From Mobula birostris (Eukaryota): a stretch of DNA of 64,000 nucleotides. This document shows, piece after piece, positions 25,126 through 37,055 of the stretch (the first letter of the stretch is position 1; each line of letters opens with the position of its first letter). The stretch spans positions 48,300,952 through 48,364,951 of the forward strand of contig NC_092377.1 of NCBI RefSeq assembly GCF_030028105.1, written 5' to 3'. The translations under genes were made by a program, and so were the position numbers. Under the pieces are notes generated by a model. The model did no database searches, was not told where the DNA came from, and worked only from the letters and a program-made list of their open reading frames with translations.

Positions 25126-26838
25126 TGTATTTCCAGAATATGGTGAAATGTCTGCCATATCTTGCAAGTCACTGCACTCAGATTTAATGAGAGACAAAGA
25201 GAGACCTTCAGCTGTGCTGGATGGATGGATTGGTGAGCACGGACGATGGTTCATGTGGTGCGATGACACTTTGGTCCGCAGACAGGCAGTTTCCCTGGTC
25301 AAGTCCAAAGATTCGGGAGATGACCTGTCTTTTCCAGATACTGTGTTGGAGGCATTACCTATTGAACCCTGAAAGGAATAGGCCATGAGGGGAAGAGGCA
25401 GTGGATGGCGAAAAGCAGGGGATGAAAATCCTGCTGCAGCTGAGAGTGGGGACTGATGATGAGAAGTGTGGTGGCCTCCCATCGAGGGGGTGGAGGCAGA
25501 CTGCTCGGATGAGTTTTTGCGTACTACTAGAGGCAGTGCTTCCGTCTGGTCTGAGGAATTAGACACATGCATGTTGGCAAAAGTATTCAACGGGTTAGAA
25601 ATGATAACGTCACCAAAGCATTGAAGTCGTTGATTTGTTGTATGAAAGTTGTGGTTTTCACCATTCATGGCAAATCTTGCTTGTGGAATCTGAATAGGGG
25701 GGAAGACCTGAGGAAGTTGGTGGGAGGATTTAGAGAACATTTTGACAACAGAGTCCACTACTTGTGACATGGTGGAATTGAGTTCCTGTTTAAGAGTCTC
25801 AGCTAGCTGTTTCCCTTCAGCATGCAAGGTGGTCAAGCCCTGGTTTTTCCTTGAGTGGCCATCTCTCTTCAGTTTTTCATTTTCTGCTGCCATTTCCTGT
25901 TCCCTTATGAGAGCACGAGCACGATCAAGGAAATGCCCTGGATCTAATTCTGATATCTCATTATCAGATCTGTCATGTGCTCTGGTATCAGCAGTTTCTG
26001 ATTGCATGCTATCTTCGGACAGGTTGCCATCTTCTTCATTTTCAGAATCTGTGCTGTCGTATATTTGGTAGAACTTTTCCTGGAGTTGGCGCAGCTGCTT
26101 CTGCATGTCTTCCAGCTGTTGCTTCAATTGCCGTCGTTCTTCTCGCTTTTGCTCCTTCCGCGCCGTAACCAGTTGCTGAAAACTCTGCTGCTGTTGCTGG
26201 GGAAGCTTCTGCTTACGTTTGTTTTCCCTGTAACTCTCTCTGGGACTTACAGGCTGCTGTACCCCATCTCGATCATTCTCCCCACCCCGTAGTGCCACAT
26301 TTGGTGAATGACTCATGCCTCGAATTATGTTTTCAACTCGTGCACGTTTCGCCCGCAAATGTTCATCACAAAGCCGATCGACATCAAACTGGCTCATGTT
26401 GGGTCTGCTAAATGGTGATGTGCATTCTTGGGCACTTTCCCTTGAAGAATTACTACAGGCATCTTCCTGATTTGCCTCTGAGCCTGTACTAGAGAGACCA
26501 CTAGTTTGCAAGTTGTGCTCTGTGCTTCCATTCTTGGTTGCATTGTTTTTCAGCAGTTGAGAAATTATGGTAGCTCCAGGAAAAGGCATCATGGCATCTT
26601 CATATGAGTTTGCTCTCTTCAACAGCTTGCGGAGCACATTTGATTTGTCCCCATCCGTATGTTGAACCACTGAGCACTCAATGTCCTGATCTGAGCTTTG
26701 GGGATTCATGGCACTGAATAGCTTCCCTTTTGCTTTAGTTAACACTGTAGATGTCCCTACAGTTCTCTTCACTCCAATATCGACTCTTCGTCTTTTAGTA
26801 TGTCTGGTTAAGAGGGCTATGCTGTCATGGTCAGGCAT
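25126..26838 (-). CDS. PROX1: PROX1 first coding exon (exon 2 CDS, 1713 nt, 571 aa)
   Basis: MPDHDSIALLTRHTKRRRVDIGVKRTVG..., LRKLL and IISQLL motifs, EHLRAKRARVENII, polyQ/coiled-coil stretch, EALPLVV, ESLDLT, ...ISPYSGNT. The true ATG is at 26838; the ORF track starts at the preceding GTG and reads through the donor. Confidence 0.98.
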
Positions 26839-26905
26839 CACTGGACTGTTATTGTGCCATCTTCAAAGGCTTGTCAGCTGGGCACAGCTCGAGAATCCCG
26901 GGACC
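26839..26905 (-). other. PROX1: PROX1 exon 2 5' UTR segment (67 nt), with acceptor site and uORF
   Basis: Pyrimidine-rich ggtccttttgttctgttggctag|GGTCCCGGGATTCTCGAGCTGTGCCCAGCTGAC... closely resembles the mammalian PROX1 leader as I recall it. It contains ATG GCA CAA TAA at 26860-26849. Confidence 0.85.
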
Positions 26906-29900
26906 CTAGCCAACAGAACAAAAGGACCGATGAATCATTTTCTTTAATTTTCTCCAAATTTCCTGACTTCAATTCTGTATAAAATAGGAATGTGCCAGTA
27001 CTAAGGTTTAATGAAACAATACACTTATCGTAGCTCAATATGCATTTGGTTTGAAATTAAATAGTTCTTTAATAATATTTCTATTCCAACAATTTGGAAT
27101 AGAGTAGAAAAATAACCAACGTGCACAAAATGTTTAAGTCTGATTTTATTATCAGACTTTTAGGTCAAAAACAAATTCATTATAAAAGAGTAGCATTTTA
27201 ATGTATTCCTATTTTTCCAATACCACGGCTTAATATAAACATAGTTTACTGAAAATAAATTGCAAACAATTTGGGAGAATTAACTTTATCAATATTACTC
27301 TATGCACTGCTAATTCATTTTCTATGTGCCGTGTCGTATGATATAGGTGATCATGGTCTTTCCATGACCAAGACTGCTCTTGACAAAACTTTCCACAGAA
27401 GTAGTTTACCATTGCCTTCTTCTGAGTGTAAACTAATGAACTTTCTAAATTACATCTATTTCTTCTGCACTTTATTCCAAGAATGCCACAAGACATGGCA
27501 TTACTAACCGCACAAAATGAAAGACAGAGCAAACCTAAATATAGATTTAAGCTATCTATTTATTCTTTTTCTAAAACTTATAGGTAATTTCTGGCAAAAG
27601 GTTATCTAATGCTTTGGTGTTAAGAAATTGCTTCCTGTTTCATACAATACAAAAAACCTCATTGACAATGAAACTACTAAATATTTACATATTTTAAAAA
27701 AATATTATGGTAATATTTAACTAATGAAAGGCCAGTGGTTAAAATATTTTATATAATAATGACAAATATAAATCAAAAGGAATTTTTTGTTATATAAAAT
27801 TTACTGGAGGTTCAGATACTATGCATGTGAGATTGCCTTTATTGTCTCAAAAAAAAAATCACCAATTAAAATTAGTGACAAAGCAAGAAAACATCAAGCA
27901 TAAGCACAAGAAAGGAAGGGCATGCACTTTCTTTCATGCCAGAACTTAATTTCCCAAGATTAGAAAGGCAGAAATGTATCAGTTCTCACAAAAAGCCAAT
28001 TTACAGGTGATCCATGTTTGATTAACTAACAGACCAAATTCCATGAAGGTTATAAGCATTAGACCATTGAACAAATGGTTTAAATCTTTAACTTATATAA
28101 ACAGCAAATCACAAAATATTTTTCATGCTAGATATACCCATGTGAAACTTTTACATCAACTGTACAACACTCATCTCCACAATAGCATGACTGCTTGCCA
28201 AAGGCAGCATGCAGACAGTTTGGAATTGCTCCCATCCCTTTCAACTCACCTGTAAAAACATGCACATATTCCACAACACCACAGCTGTGAGTGACTATCT
28301 ATACAGAAACAAGCTTTATCTAAGCAGCTTCCAACCTGCAAATATTTGTAAATGGTTCATAACGATTAAGCAATACCTTTAGAGAGATTTGATATTTAGG
28401 CTTGCAATATGCTTTGCCCCTGAATGTGTTGTTTGTAGCTAATATAAAACTGGAGCAAAATATAATCCTTGTGATAAGTATTCAGAGTTCATTCCTCTTG
28501 GTTAATGTAATGCAAGATGATGACTACTTAAGGTATAAACATTTACGATAGCTGTGCATGGTTTCAAACTTGCAATGTCAAAATTGTTAATGTCAAATTG
28601 TTAATTTTGACATTAATTTTAATTTCTACACTACCTGGAGGAGATTTTGAAATTTAATTCTAAAGATCACAGCAGCAAAGCTTCCAAAATAGATTTTTAG
28701 ATTCTATCCATATACTAAAAATCCTTTACCAGTTGAAGATCATTTTAAGCCCCACCAACAAGTATGTTTGATAAGATTCTGATAATTAACAAATATCACC
28801 CAATTATGTATCTACTTATATTATTTTTAAAAGAGTGTATTGATGCTTCATATGTAGAGTGTGGGATGGAGGGGAATGAAATCGGATTATGTTAAACACA
28901 TTTAAACATGAATTATCTATAATTACTGCCTTGATAGTGGACAATCTTTAGCTCATAATCAACTGGAAGAATATATTCTCAACAGTTATTTCCTTGGGAA
29001 TAAGCTGGCCTGGTTACCTGAAGCAAAGGCAATATCCCTCTCTGTACTTATTCATCTACCAAGATCTGCAGCATGCTTATGTTAATTCAATTGTTTATTA
29101 TGCTGTTAAAAAACAGTAAGGACAACAGTTGTCATTTAGCCTTCCAGTTCGGGGTTGAGGAAGAACGAAAAGGGGAAGAATGGATAACATAGTCCAAGTG
29201 AATGTCCCTGGCTGCAAACAAGACTGTGTATGGAAAGACAACACTCTTAAACAAACAATATTTTCATGATGCTAACAGGTCCCATTATAAATTTCTGAAA
29301 ACACAGCTGTGTATAAAAATCCCACTCCTAGTTATGAAAATGTCTCCTGTTATAACTATGAAATACATCTAGTTAATAACTTGAATTTTTACCATCCAAT
29401 AATTCTCCAGTCCTTTCTGACGCTCTCATCCAACATTAATTAAAACAGAAGCAGAATCTTTGCAAGCGAGTTGTCCTCTGGACAGCCAGGTGCAGTACAT
29501 AGTCTGCACACCTGTAAAGGTGCAAGGTAGCTAAATGAGTTTCTATGGAATTCTGCTTCTGCACTTAATTTTAAAAATAACTTGAATAATCACAGTACTC
29601 GACTTTAAAACTTTGTAACTACCATAAATGTAGGTTCCCTTGGTTTACCAAGTAACTGATTGTGTTTTGACTGATATGTGCAGGACTAGTGTATTAGGGA
29701 AGTTTTATATAACTTATCATTTGTCCGTAATTGAAACAACGAAGCACAGCAGTTAATTAAACTTTATAGAGACTCATGGATGTTAGTAAAGATGTTAACA
29801 AAATCGACGGATTACAGCTCTGTTAGTCGTGAAGCAAACTGATACTTCAAATTCCTTCCAAGCTCTAAATTTTCCTAGAGTTTAAAATGGGGATTTTCAG

Positions 29901-31744
29901 CAGGTGGAAAAACAAAACACTTCTCTGGGCTGCTGCGGTTAGATTGGACTTGTGTGTCACATAATTCTCAATAATTGTCAGATTATTTCATTTCTTTTAA
30001 AGACGACGTGTATAAGTGATCGGAAACAAGCATTTGCGGACTGTATAATGTATCCGATTATAATTTTTTTTATAATCCGCGTACCTGCAATAGACGATAC
30101 CTCTTTTTTAACAAAATTATGTGTTCTTTGGAGGGCGGATCGGCGTTAATTGTGATATATCGCGATTTTCATTAAGTATCTGATCGCAGCCAGACACTGC
30201 TGAGCCTTTATAAGACGAAGCTGCAGCTGCCTTTTGAGACACCGCGCACCTGTCTGCCAGCGCCCATGCGCAGTTTCTATCAAGTGCCAATACCATTCAA
30301 CACCTTTCACCATCCTGAACCCTCGCCTCTTAAAAAAAAACTGTCTCTCAGTGCTTACCAGTTCACTTTCAAACGGGCCTGGCGTTTGAAGGGGGTTGGG
30401 ATGGGGGTGGAAGGGAACCTTCAGGAAAACATTAGCAAGGCGATCCTTCCGCTGTTGCGCCTGTGTTACAAGCATCCAGCAGCTGGCTGGGTAAACATCA
30501 ATTTCAGGAACAATGTACAAGACACGCGGGGATGCCAGCGACTTTGAATTGTCTGTAAACAATTAAAGGCAATTCTACAAAGGTCATAGTCACAGGAGAA
30601 CAAACCCAGAACTCCACCGAGCTCAAACTAAAGAAGGCAATGTGCAAATAATGAAGGGCAGCACCAACAAATGTTTAGATTATTTTAATCAAACCACAAA
30701 ACTACGCTTCCAAGATCCGCGATGCAGCAAAATTCACTTTCAGAAAGTTGATTTCACTTTCCTGGTAAGGCCAATGCTTTTCTCTTCCTCCTCGTCAAAT
30801 AATCTACAACCTGTTTGCATTAAAACAAAATGCATCTTTTCCGCACGCATTATCATTCCAACTGTTCAAACGTAGCTTCCTGTAAATACTGTTTACTGTT
30901 AATCAATCCCTGTCAATGCAAATCCGACCATTCGATCTGACAGCGCACCTCCACATTAAGTACAACCAAGAGCGAGGTCGGAGTTTCACGCGATAATGCT
31001 ACGAACGCAAGACTAATGCCCCGAGATTCAGCGACTATTCGGAGCAGAAATGCAAGTGGGTACAAGGGGGGAATTTTGACAAAGGACACCTTGTGACGAC
31101 AACTTCTTTGTCCATATCTGACTATCAATACAGCCGCCTTGTGAGCGTGTATGTTGTCTGTGTCTGTGTGTGAGAAGGGTGTGCTTGGGGGGGGGGATCG
31201 GGAGAGGGAGAGGGGGTGGGGGAAAAGAGATGGTAGCAAAGGCTACAGCCACTATGACCCTCCATCCACTTTAAAATACCCTTAATTTAATCACTGTTAC
31301 TATTAAGTTTCACGAAATCACAAGCGTGAGCACAATGCAAGACGAATCTAACTACACAATAGCACATTTATTAACTAAATAATAAACCAAAAGAAACCAA
31401 ACCGAAACTAACAAATCTTCACTAGATCAGGAAAAAAAAAGTATCCATGCACATCAAAAAACAAATCCGTTGCATGACGAGACACGAAATACCTAGGATA
31501 GTATACTTGACAAAAGACAAAGAGGCGCAGATGATGGGACAAAAGAGTACAATGCAATATTTGGAAAACAAGCAGCGTATTGTATACAAAACACAAAGGG
31601 GTTAGAAATACTTCTCTACTCTTTCCAAAATACATATGGGATTTTAAAAAGAAAACCTTTGAAGGTATGGGAACCAGCTGCAAGCAGGCGTTTAAAGTTT
31701 CTGAAGGACATGGTGAAAGGTAAGCAGGGAACAAGGTTACTTAC

Positions 31745-31950
31745 TGTGCTGTAGTATTAGTGGCCAGCGAAGAGGAAAGCTTGCTGCTTACAGGAGGGAG
31801 GGAGAGACAGAGAGAGGGGTTAGAGATGGTGAGGGTTGTATACCTCCAGGAGGCAGGGCTTCGCGCCGCGTTCCTCTCTGATTGTTAATTCTGCGCAAGC
31901 CGCTGAAGATACACTTCAAGACGCGAGGAAGGAAACAGGAAGAACGCGCG
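31745..31950 (-). other. PROX1: Probable non-coding exon 1 of PROX1 (start approximate)
   Basis: Consensus donor ACA|GTAAGT (GT at 31744-31743) about 200 nt downstream of a CCAAT cluster. The leader is CT-rich and CpG-containing. PROX1 is known to have a non-coding first exon. Confidence 0.55.
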
Positions 31951-31954
31951 TCAT

Positions 31955-32190
31955 AGTCTTTGTGACATCATCCACTCAAACCAATCGCAATTGCGATCGC
32001 TGCTGTCCAATAAGACAAAGCTTGGCGGTCGGCTTCAAAATGTTGCCTTCCAACCAATCGGCGTGAGGACCGGTTTAGAAGCGTCACGTGCTCCAGGACT
32101 GAGGATATTTTTCTCTTCCCCCCCCCTCTCCCCCCGCGCTTTTCTCATCTTGTTCACCAATGCCAACTTTGACTGGAGCCGCTGAGCCGC
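31955..32190 (-). promoter_or_regulatory. Probable PROX1 promoter (CpG-rich, multiple CCAAT boxes)
   Basis: CCAAT at 31981, 32007, 32054 and 32157; TGACATCA at 31963; E-box GTCACGTG at 32083; C-rich tracts at 32118-32139; high local CpG density against a CpG-poor background. Confidence 0.65.
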
Positions 32191-35100
32191 ATATTACAAT
32201 AAACTGAATTATTTCCATAAAAATGTTTTACCATTGTCATATTTTCCCCGGACTCGACTCGTGTTATTTGATTTCGGAAGTAAAGAATACTGGAGCTGTT
32301 TTACTTCCAACAAAATATAGTTAATATTTGAGAGAAAGATCTGCTCACTACAATTAAACCACAGCAACAAAACAAAAATCTATTTGTGTGTCGACAATGG
32401 GCATTAGGGAGGATTGATGACGGACAAGCCAGTGTAGCGATGGAAAAAAAAGATGCGCAATCAAAATTGGGATCGCATCCGGACCTCTGGGGGAACCCTA
32501 ATCTCTGGTAGGGAAAGCTGAAAGTAAAGATAACGTGTTGGAAAGAGTTAACGTTGACTATTTACGACATGACACTTTTTCCCAAACTCTGAAATCTAAA
32601 TTGTGGTTATAGCTTCATATGAGCTCAATACATCGAAAGTGGAGGAATGCAGCGAAAATAACAGAATGGGGGAACTTCTTGCGGTGTACGTAATGAAATC
32701 AGTACAAACACAGAGTTGTGGAATATAATTATAAACCCTAGTTAAACTAATGTTAGTCCTGACATAGTTATTTCCTTTGAAAAACTCGCTAAGAATACAA
32801 AAATATTGATATTGTTGTTTATCAAAACGCCATGGCAATTTTCTAATCGCGAGTTTTTAATTCTCTTATGATACTGAGTGACAGTTAACCTTAGTGATCG
32901 CAAGTAACTTTCTGCCTGCAACATATTAGCTATTGCTGTGTTTAAGTCGCAGATTTGTTATTAACAGTGTAATTTGATAACATTAACCGTTGCGAGTATA
33001 AACTGCGATGTATCTTCTGACAACAAATCAAAGACTTCGCCAGTTTCGACCATACGTTATCCTTTTCGCTCATGAATTGAATACAGTGCTGTGATGGAGA
33101 AACAAAATCGAACTAGATTCAGTATTTAATGAAGTTAAGTCTAGTGAATTGTGTACTATGTTTTAAACTCATAAAAAAATCTTAGATATTACGTGCTGAA
33201 TCAATAAGATATTGGGTTGAAATTGCCGAAGGACCTCATGCGTTTTTTTGTGGAATCTGGCTTTATAATGCAACTGAAATTATTGACGCTTTTGAGTGTC
33301 AAACTAAGAAATATATTCAAATACTGCCTTTCTTAACATAAATGGGATGAAAATTTCTGCCACTTACAAAAAGGATTTGCCAGGTATCAAAGTTTAGGAC
33401 TTGACCGTGCTCACTCGATTCTGGTTTATGCCGCTTTTAAAAAGGAATGGAGCTCTGTGTGTTCAAACAGTTTTCGATGCGCGCCAATCGCATTGTTCCT
33501 ATGTTGCGAATACATATTCACAACACAGGGACAATGTTCAGCTGTAATGAGCAGGCTGTATCTGCCCACAGCTAATGGTCTATTTTAAAGTGTAGAACGA
33601 AGCTTTATTCTTTTGTCGGTCACCCTAATGCTGGTTTAAAGTATAGTAGAAAAAATGAATTAAAATGACCAGAATTACTTCTTATTAAAATGTAGACATC
33701 TTCTTTGAGCTCTTGGAAATTAAAAAATCCATATGATTCCTAATGAAGTGGTAGAAGCTAACTTCACCAGACTCACCTGACTGCTGTAAGTGTTCGGTTT
33801 GTCGAGTTATCATCACAACCCCAAGTTCATCATTTAATCTATTTTAAACGTAAGAAAGCAGGAATCAGTTCTAAATGTCATCCCAACATTTGGATGTCAC
33901 AGAAGCGATGTTTCTTCAGATCGAGCTGGCTCCATTTATTCTGCCATGCCATCCAAAAGCACTAATTAATCTGATCGAATAACTTTACATAATTGAGGTC
34001 ATCAATAAAGGAAAATGAAATAAGGATTATCTAAATAAATAAGACCTGCTTGCTTGAAAGTAATTGTCATGCTGAATGGTGGGTGTTTAAATACGTTAGG
34101 GTTATTGCAGCACCAATTACTTAAAATTGTTGACTTTATAACAAAACATTATTGGGATGCCAGTTTTAGACCGAAAGATTTATCTTTCTGCATTATATGA
34201 CCGTAGAGATCATGTCATTGCAATTTTGTCAATCAGACAAAAATATTAGTGATTAATGTATTTCAGGTTTAGCTAGGCACACGTTACATGTAGTGCTCAA
34301 ACTTATGATAGAACTGGTTTTGGTTTGATACTCAGGTTGCGGTTACACCTTTATACTGCAATCGCTCAGATAAACTATGAGGAAATGGCAGATGATGAAT
34401 CGAAATTTAAAGCACGAGCTCCACCCCGGCCGCAGTCTAATTTCTAGCGGAAGATTTAGAGGGGAACGATTTTAAGGTAAAGTTCATACACCAGTTGCTA
34501 AATTACTAAGGCGCGCCGCTATCGTCTGTCCTTGGATTTGTTATAACGCGAGTAGCGCTAATCGTGATAGCCTTTACAATAGTGCGTAAAATGTATATTG
34601 AGAGGAAAGACGTGCATAGTTTACGTACAAAATAACCTCAATATTCCCTGGTGCGGTTTGGGTCACCTTAAACGATAGGTTTTTTGGCTATTGAGATAAA
34701 TGGAATAGACTCTGTCGTTGACGTATCACTGAAAACTTTAGTTGCAATAGTTTCGCAGTTAACCATCAGCGATGAAGTATGTCCAAGCACTTTCATAGTC
34801 GTCTACTCTGAGTCTTGGCTTCCTGCACTTTGTCTGCATTGCTTCATAATAGTAATATAAATTTGATTTCAGTGTTCTTCCACTCAAGATTTTAGTTAAT
34901 ACACCACAGGTGAAAGTTGAAACTCACACCCTATATTTCTTAACCTTTGTTTTTTTTTAATTTCCTCTCGGTAGGTGCTTTAAAATGAAGCCGTACACCT
35001 AATGAGATTTTCATCAGCGTCATACTGTTCCTCACTTGTAATCATTTCTCAAATGGCAAATTGAGTTCGAGGAATTAAGCAGCTTCCACGCTATGCATTT

Positions 35101-36142
35101 CATAGCTTCGGGTTGGCAAATCTGAATATTATTTTATAGAATAATAAAATAAACAGAATAATTATTCACCCTGTTAGGGGAAAACACACACTCATTGCAG
35201 GCGTAAAGCAGACTTGGGGAAGGGTATTTTACAACCGTACGTCGCGTTGTCTTGTTTAGCCTCAAGAATCATAACCTGTGACTGAAAACAAACTGATCCT
35301 TTATTGCAGATCCATTTCTTACTGAGCTACCTGAGTGCAAGGCGATCAGTTGCTGCTTCCTGTGTAAAGACATGTTTCCTTTCTACAGCATCTTCAAAAA
35401 ACGAGAAGGTATTTTAGCTGCCAGTGTTTCATTTAGGGAAAGCCTGTATTCTTAATCGATGCGGGGTTGAGATGGATGCATTCCAGTAAAATGTACTCAA
35501 GTCAAACAACTCAGTATTTAAACTTTTGAATATTCCCTTGTAATTATATCGCTTATTGGTCTTACTTCATTCTACGCTACCGATTCTGGCAAAATATGGG
35601 CACACCTATCATAATGTTTCAAGCGACTAAGAACAAGCTGATTAAACAAATTGAAGTGTCATTGAGGAAACGGGGAAGATTTTTCTGAAATTGGAAAACC
35701 CATTTTATTCCGTAGTTACCCAAGATGCATCTCCAATGTCGCAATTCTCCAAGAACTACACCTCAAGACGAAGATGAGAAAAAAATCCTCTTAGACACCA
35801 TGTGCCCAAGTTTAGGAATGGATGAAGATAATGGGAGGTTAATGAAAAGGCCCCAAGATAAATCAGTAAATCTAACAATTTTTCAACTTATAAACAAAAA
35901 GGATTAAAAATTCTAATGCATTTTCGAAGTGGGTGTAGAAGGGTAGTGCACTTTTAAATATATCAAGATTATTGGGTCTGCATTTTTAAAACAAAGAATA
36001 GATCTACCATTCCGTATAGATAATTAAATGGAGTTTTCACTCCTGGTCCTCATTTATTCAGTGCATGGGGATTCTTAACAGCATCTATATAACAATATGC
36101 AGTATGTGGAATCTAGTGTCCATCTTGATTTCACCGATAACA

Positions 36143-36174
36143 CCCCCCCCCCACACACACACACACACACACAC
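36143..36174. repeat. C-run plus (CA)n microsatellite
   Basis: cccccccccc followed by acacacacacacacacacaca. Confidence 0.9.
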
Positions 36175-36342
36175 AGATGCACCCACTTAGGTGGCATGCT
36201 GTATGCTGTTTCCATCATCAGGTAGTCCAATACAGTGAAGGGTTGTTCTGCTATTGTTGTGATGAGTCCAACCTGATGAGGCATCAAGGAAAGCAATCCA
36301 TAACACATACCCAAGCAACATCAACAAACTGGACAGCTTACT

Positions 36343-36477
36343 TGTCCTGAAGAAGGGTCTCTGCCCGAAATGTCGACTGTACCTCTTCCTATAGATGCTG
36401 CCTGGCCTGCTGCATTCCACCAGTATTTTGTGTGTGTTGCTTGAATTTCCAGCATCTGCAGATTTCCTCGTTTTTGA
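36343..36477 (+). mobile_element. Short dispersed repeat, probably a Penelope-type terminal fragment
   Basis: gtcctgaagaagggtctctgcccgaaatgtcgactg...gatgctgcctggcctgctg...ccagcatctgcaga. Related copies occur at ~8503, 21148, 41855, 53058, 55378, 59283 and 59597. Confidence 0.65.
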
Positions 36478-36852
36478 GTTTCCTTGTCTTGCTTTAAAGA
36501 CTGTTTCATTAATGATTCTTCTGTCTAACTAATGCTTAGCATGTCTGAGACATTGTCACTTGGATTTCAGCAGTCTTCTTTGATTGTCTAATATTCTGTA
36601 TCAAAGGTCTGAATGAACACAGTATTTCCATGTTTTATGCATTATCATCATAATTTTTACTATTTGTGCTAAAGTTATATTCCATTTGCAATTGGTCCAG
36701 TATTCTATCTGTTTTATTTGTTACTTTGCAAACTTGGTTTGGAAACTGTTGCATTGGGTGGGTATGTTGACCTTCAGAGATGGCAGCATGGATTCACCAA
36801 ATCAACACCTGGGCTTAGTTAAATAATCAAGTTACTTTCATAATCCTGAACC

Positions 36853-37055
36853 CAACACTCAGTGCAGAACTGAGGGACAACCACATAGCTAACTGATTTT
36901 GTTGTCTTTACACTGAAGATCTGAGAGGCAGCCACGTAACTAATGGTGTTATCTTTTCACTGAAGAACTGAGGGACAACCACATATCTGATGTTGTTGTC
37001 TTTTCACTGATATCTAAGATCATGACCCTTTTTGGCTTCCTATTGGATATAATAG
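36853..37055 (+). repeat. Internally duplicated, degenerate Deu-domain SINE-like fragment
   Basis: agaactgagggacaaccacata..ttgttgtcttt.cactga occurs twice (~36866 and ~36964). acactcagtgcagaactgaggga resembles the DeuSINE core. Confidence 0.45.

Noticed and set aside
25075-26841. 588-aa single-exon protein starting at 26841
   Set aside because: 26841 is a GTG. The conserved start is the ATG at 26838, and the exon ends at the U12 donor (25126).
25148-26947. Plus-strand ORFs overlapping exon 2
   Set aside because: Antisense shadows of a coding exon with no recognisable protein features.
30146-30562. 138-aa and 93-aa ORFs in intron 1
   Set aside because: No recognisable domain; the locally higher GC content explains longer chance ORFs.
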